From Cyanophora paradoxa CCMP329 (lineage: Eukaryota > Plantae > Glaucophyta), in assembly GCA_004431415.1 (NCBI GenBank), contig QPMI01000399.1, positions 62,001 to 126,000 on the forward strand: a stretch of 64,000 nucleotides of DNA, given 5' to 3'. Position numbers and translations under genes: made by a program. The notes beneath the pieces are model-generated. The model saw only the letters and a program-made list of their open reading frames with translations, ran no database searches and had not been told where the DNA came from. Below, piece after piece: positions 63,001 to 64,000 of this stretch (positions within the stretch are counted from its first letter, which is position 1; each line of letters starts with the position of its first letter).

Positions 63001-64000
63001 TCGGGTCAAGACGAGATCAATAACAAAAGAAAAGGACGGACTGTCCCCGTTCTTCATTGGCTCGAAGCTCTTGAATCCATCTGTACAGAAGTTCTGGCGT
63101 AGCTGGTTCAACCGTTCTGCAGCGACGGGAGAGCCGTCGTGCGTCATCGCCGCCAGGTTCGGGCTGAATACTTCGACATACTTCTTGTGAGGAAAAGGAC
63201 GGATCGGACAGTTCACAACCTCTCGATTATACTGTATGACATTCTCGGCGAACCTGATTATCGCCGTGAGAATCGTGGAGTTGTGGAGAAAACAATGTGT
63301 ACCGCTTAGCCTGTTGTTCGGCCTCCATTTCGGCACCTTTCGCGCCTGTTCTGGCGAAGCACGCGATGTACGCATCCAAAAGGCCTGCAGCGAAATCGTC
63401 CAACACCCTGGGGAAAATGAAGTCTTTCGCAATTGTCGGGTCATTCTTCCCAATGAAGCCCGTCGCATCGAGACTCTGTCGAATTGAGCGTGCGGACAGA
63501 TCGAGGTACAGGCAGGCGTGCATCCTGCACTGCGCATAGGACTCAGCGCGAGTTGCGGTTGTGTAAACTTATCAAAATGAGAAGAGCACCGACCAACACA
63601 CTGTCCCACCGTTGATGGCTTGAGCACAGATCAACCAGTCTTACGCGATCTGAAGCCGGCCCCGTACCTGGCAACTGGTGACAGAGGCCAGCCTGGAACA
63701 TGTACGACAGTACATCTCCAAACGAAGCTTCAAGATCGGCGTCCAAGGAATTGAAGGAGTTGAAGATGATAACGCCGTATCCATCGCGCAGGCAAAGAAT
63801 GTAAACAACATACCTTCCATAAAGCAAGTTTGCAACACGCGCTTCACGGTATACTACGTATTAAAGCGCACCAGTGCACGTTCTTTTGGAAATAAAACGC
63901 AAAGCCGGTCAGTGAGCCAACATGTGGGTGCTCCCAAATCGTCTCGCCTCTCGACTGCAGCCGCTTTATCTTGTCGGAAAACCATTTTCCATAGCCGTTG
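57978..64000. repeat. 2114-bp tandem repeat: 57978-60091, 60092-62205, 62206 to beyond the window
   Basis: The ORF set repeats with an exact 2114 offset; I noticed about 10 substitutions among the copies. Confidence 0.98.

Overview
GC-rich eukaryotic heterochromatin-like DNA with short GT-AG introns (about 55-65 nt where I could reconstruct them). No housekeeping gene, rRNA, tRNA or CRISPR array is recognisable. Four zones: (1) 1-26.5 kb is a patchwork of abruptly joined pieces of L1-like LINEs, RNase H-bearing LINEs, a DIRS/Ngaro tyrosine recombinase, a Ty3/Gypsy integrase with LTR and a virus-like fibre gene, plus small TSD-flanked retroposon 3' ends. (2) A 206-bp satellite with higher-order structure (23048-23790 inverted; 26484-34094) sits inside the Gypsy integrase as a whole number of monomers and was later split by an inversion. 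(3) 34.7-47.8 kb holds CACTA/En-Spm-like transposase genes, subterminal repeats and unknown intron-rich genes. (4) A full-length 8.4-kb APE-RT-RNaseH LINE with a 17-bp TSD (47802-56233) is followed by a CACTA-like transposase C-terminus and a 2114-bp tandem triplication of a spliced gene that appears to fuse a Ulp1/SENP-like (clan CE) protease to a SET/post-SET domain. A second Ulp1-like domain is fused in frame to a LINE ORF at about 13.2 kb. The most notable theme is transposon-borne deSUMOylase and methyltransferase modules in a region showing CpG-transition decay. Families A, B and C are my own labels. All domain calls are by-eye motif recognition, not database searches.
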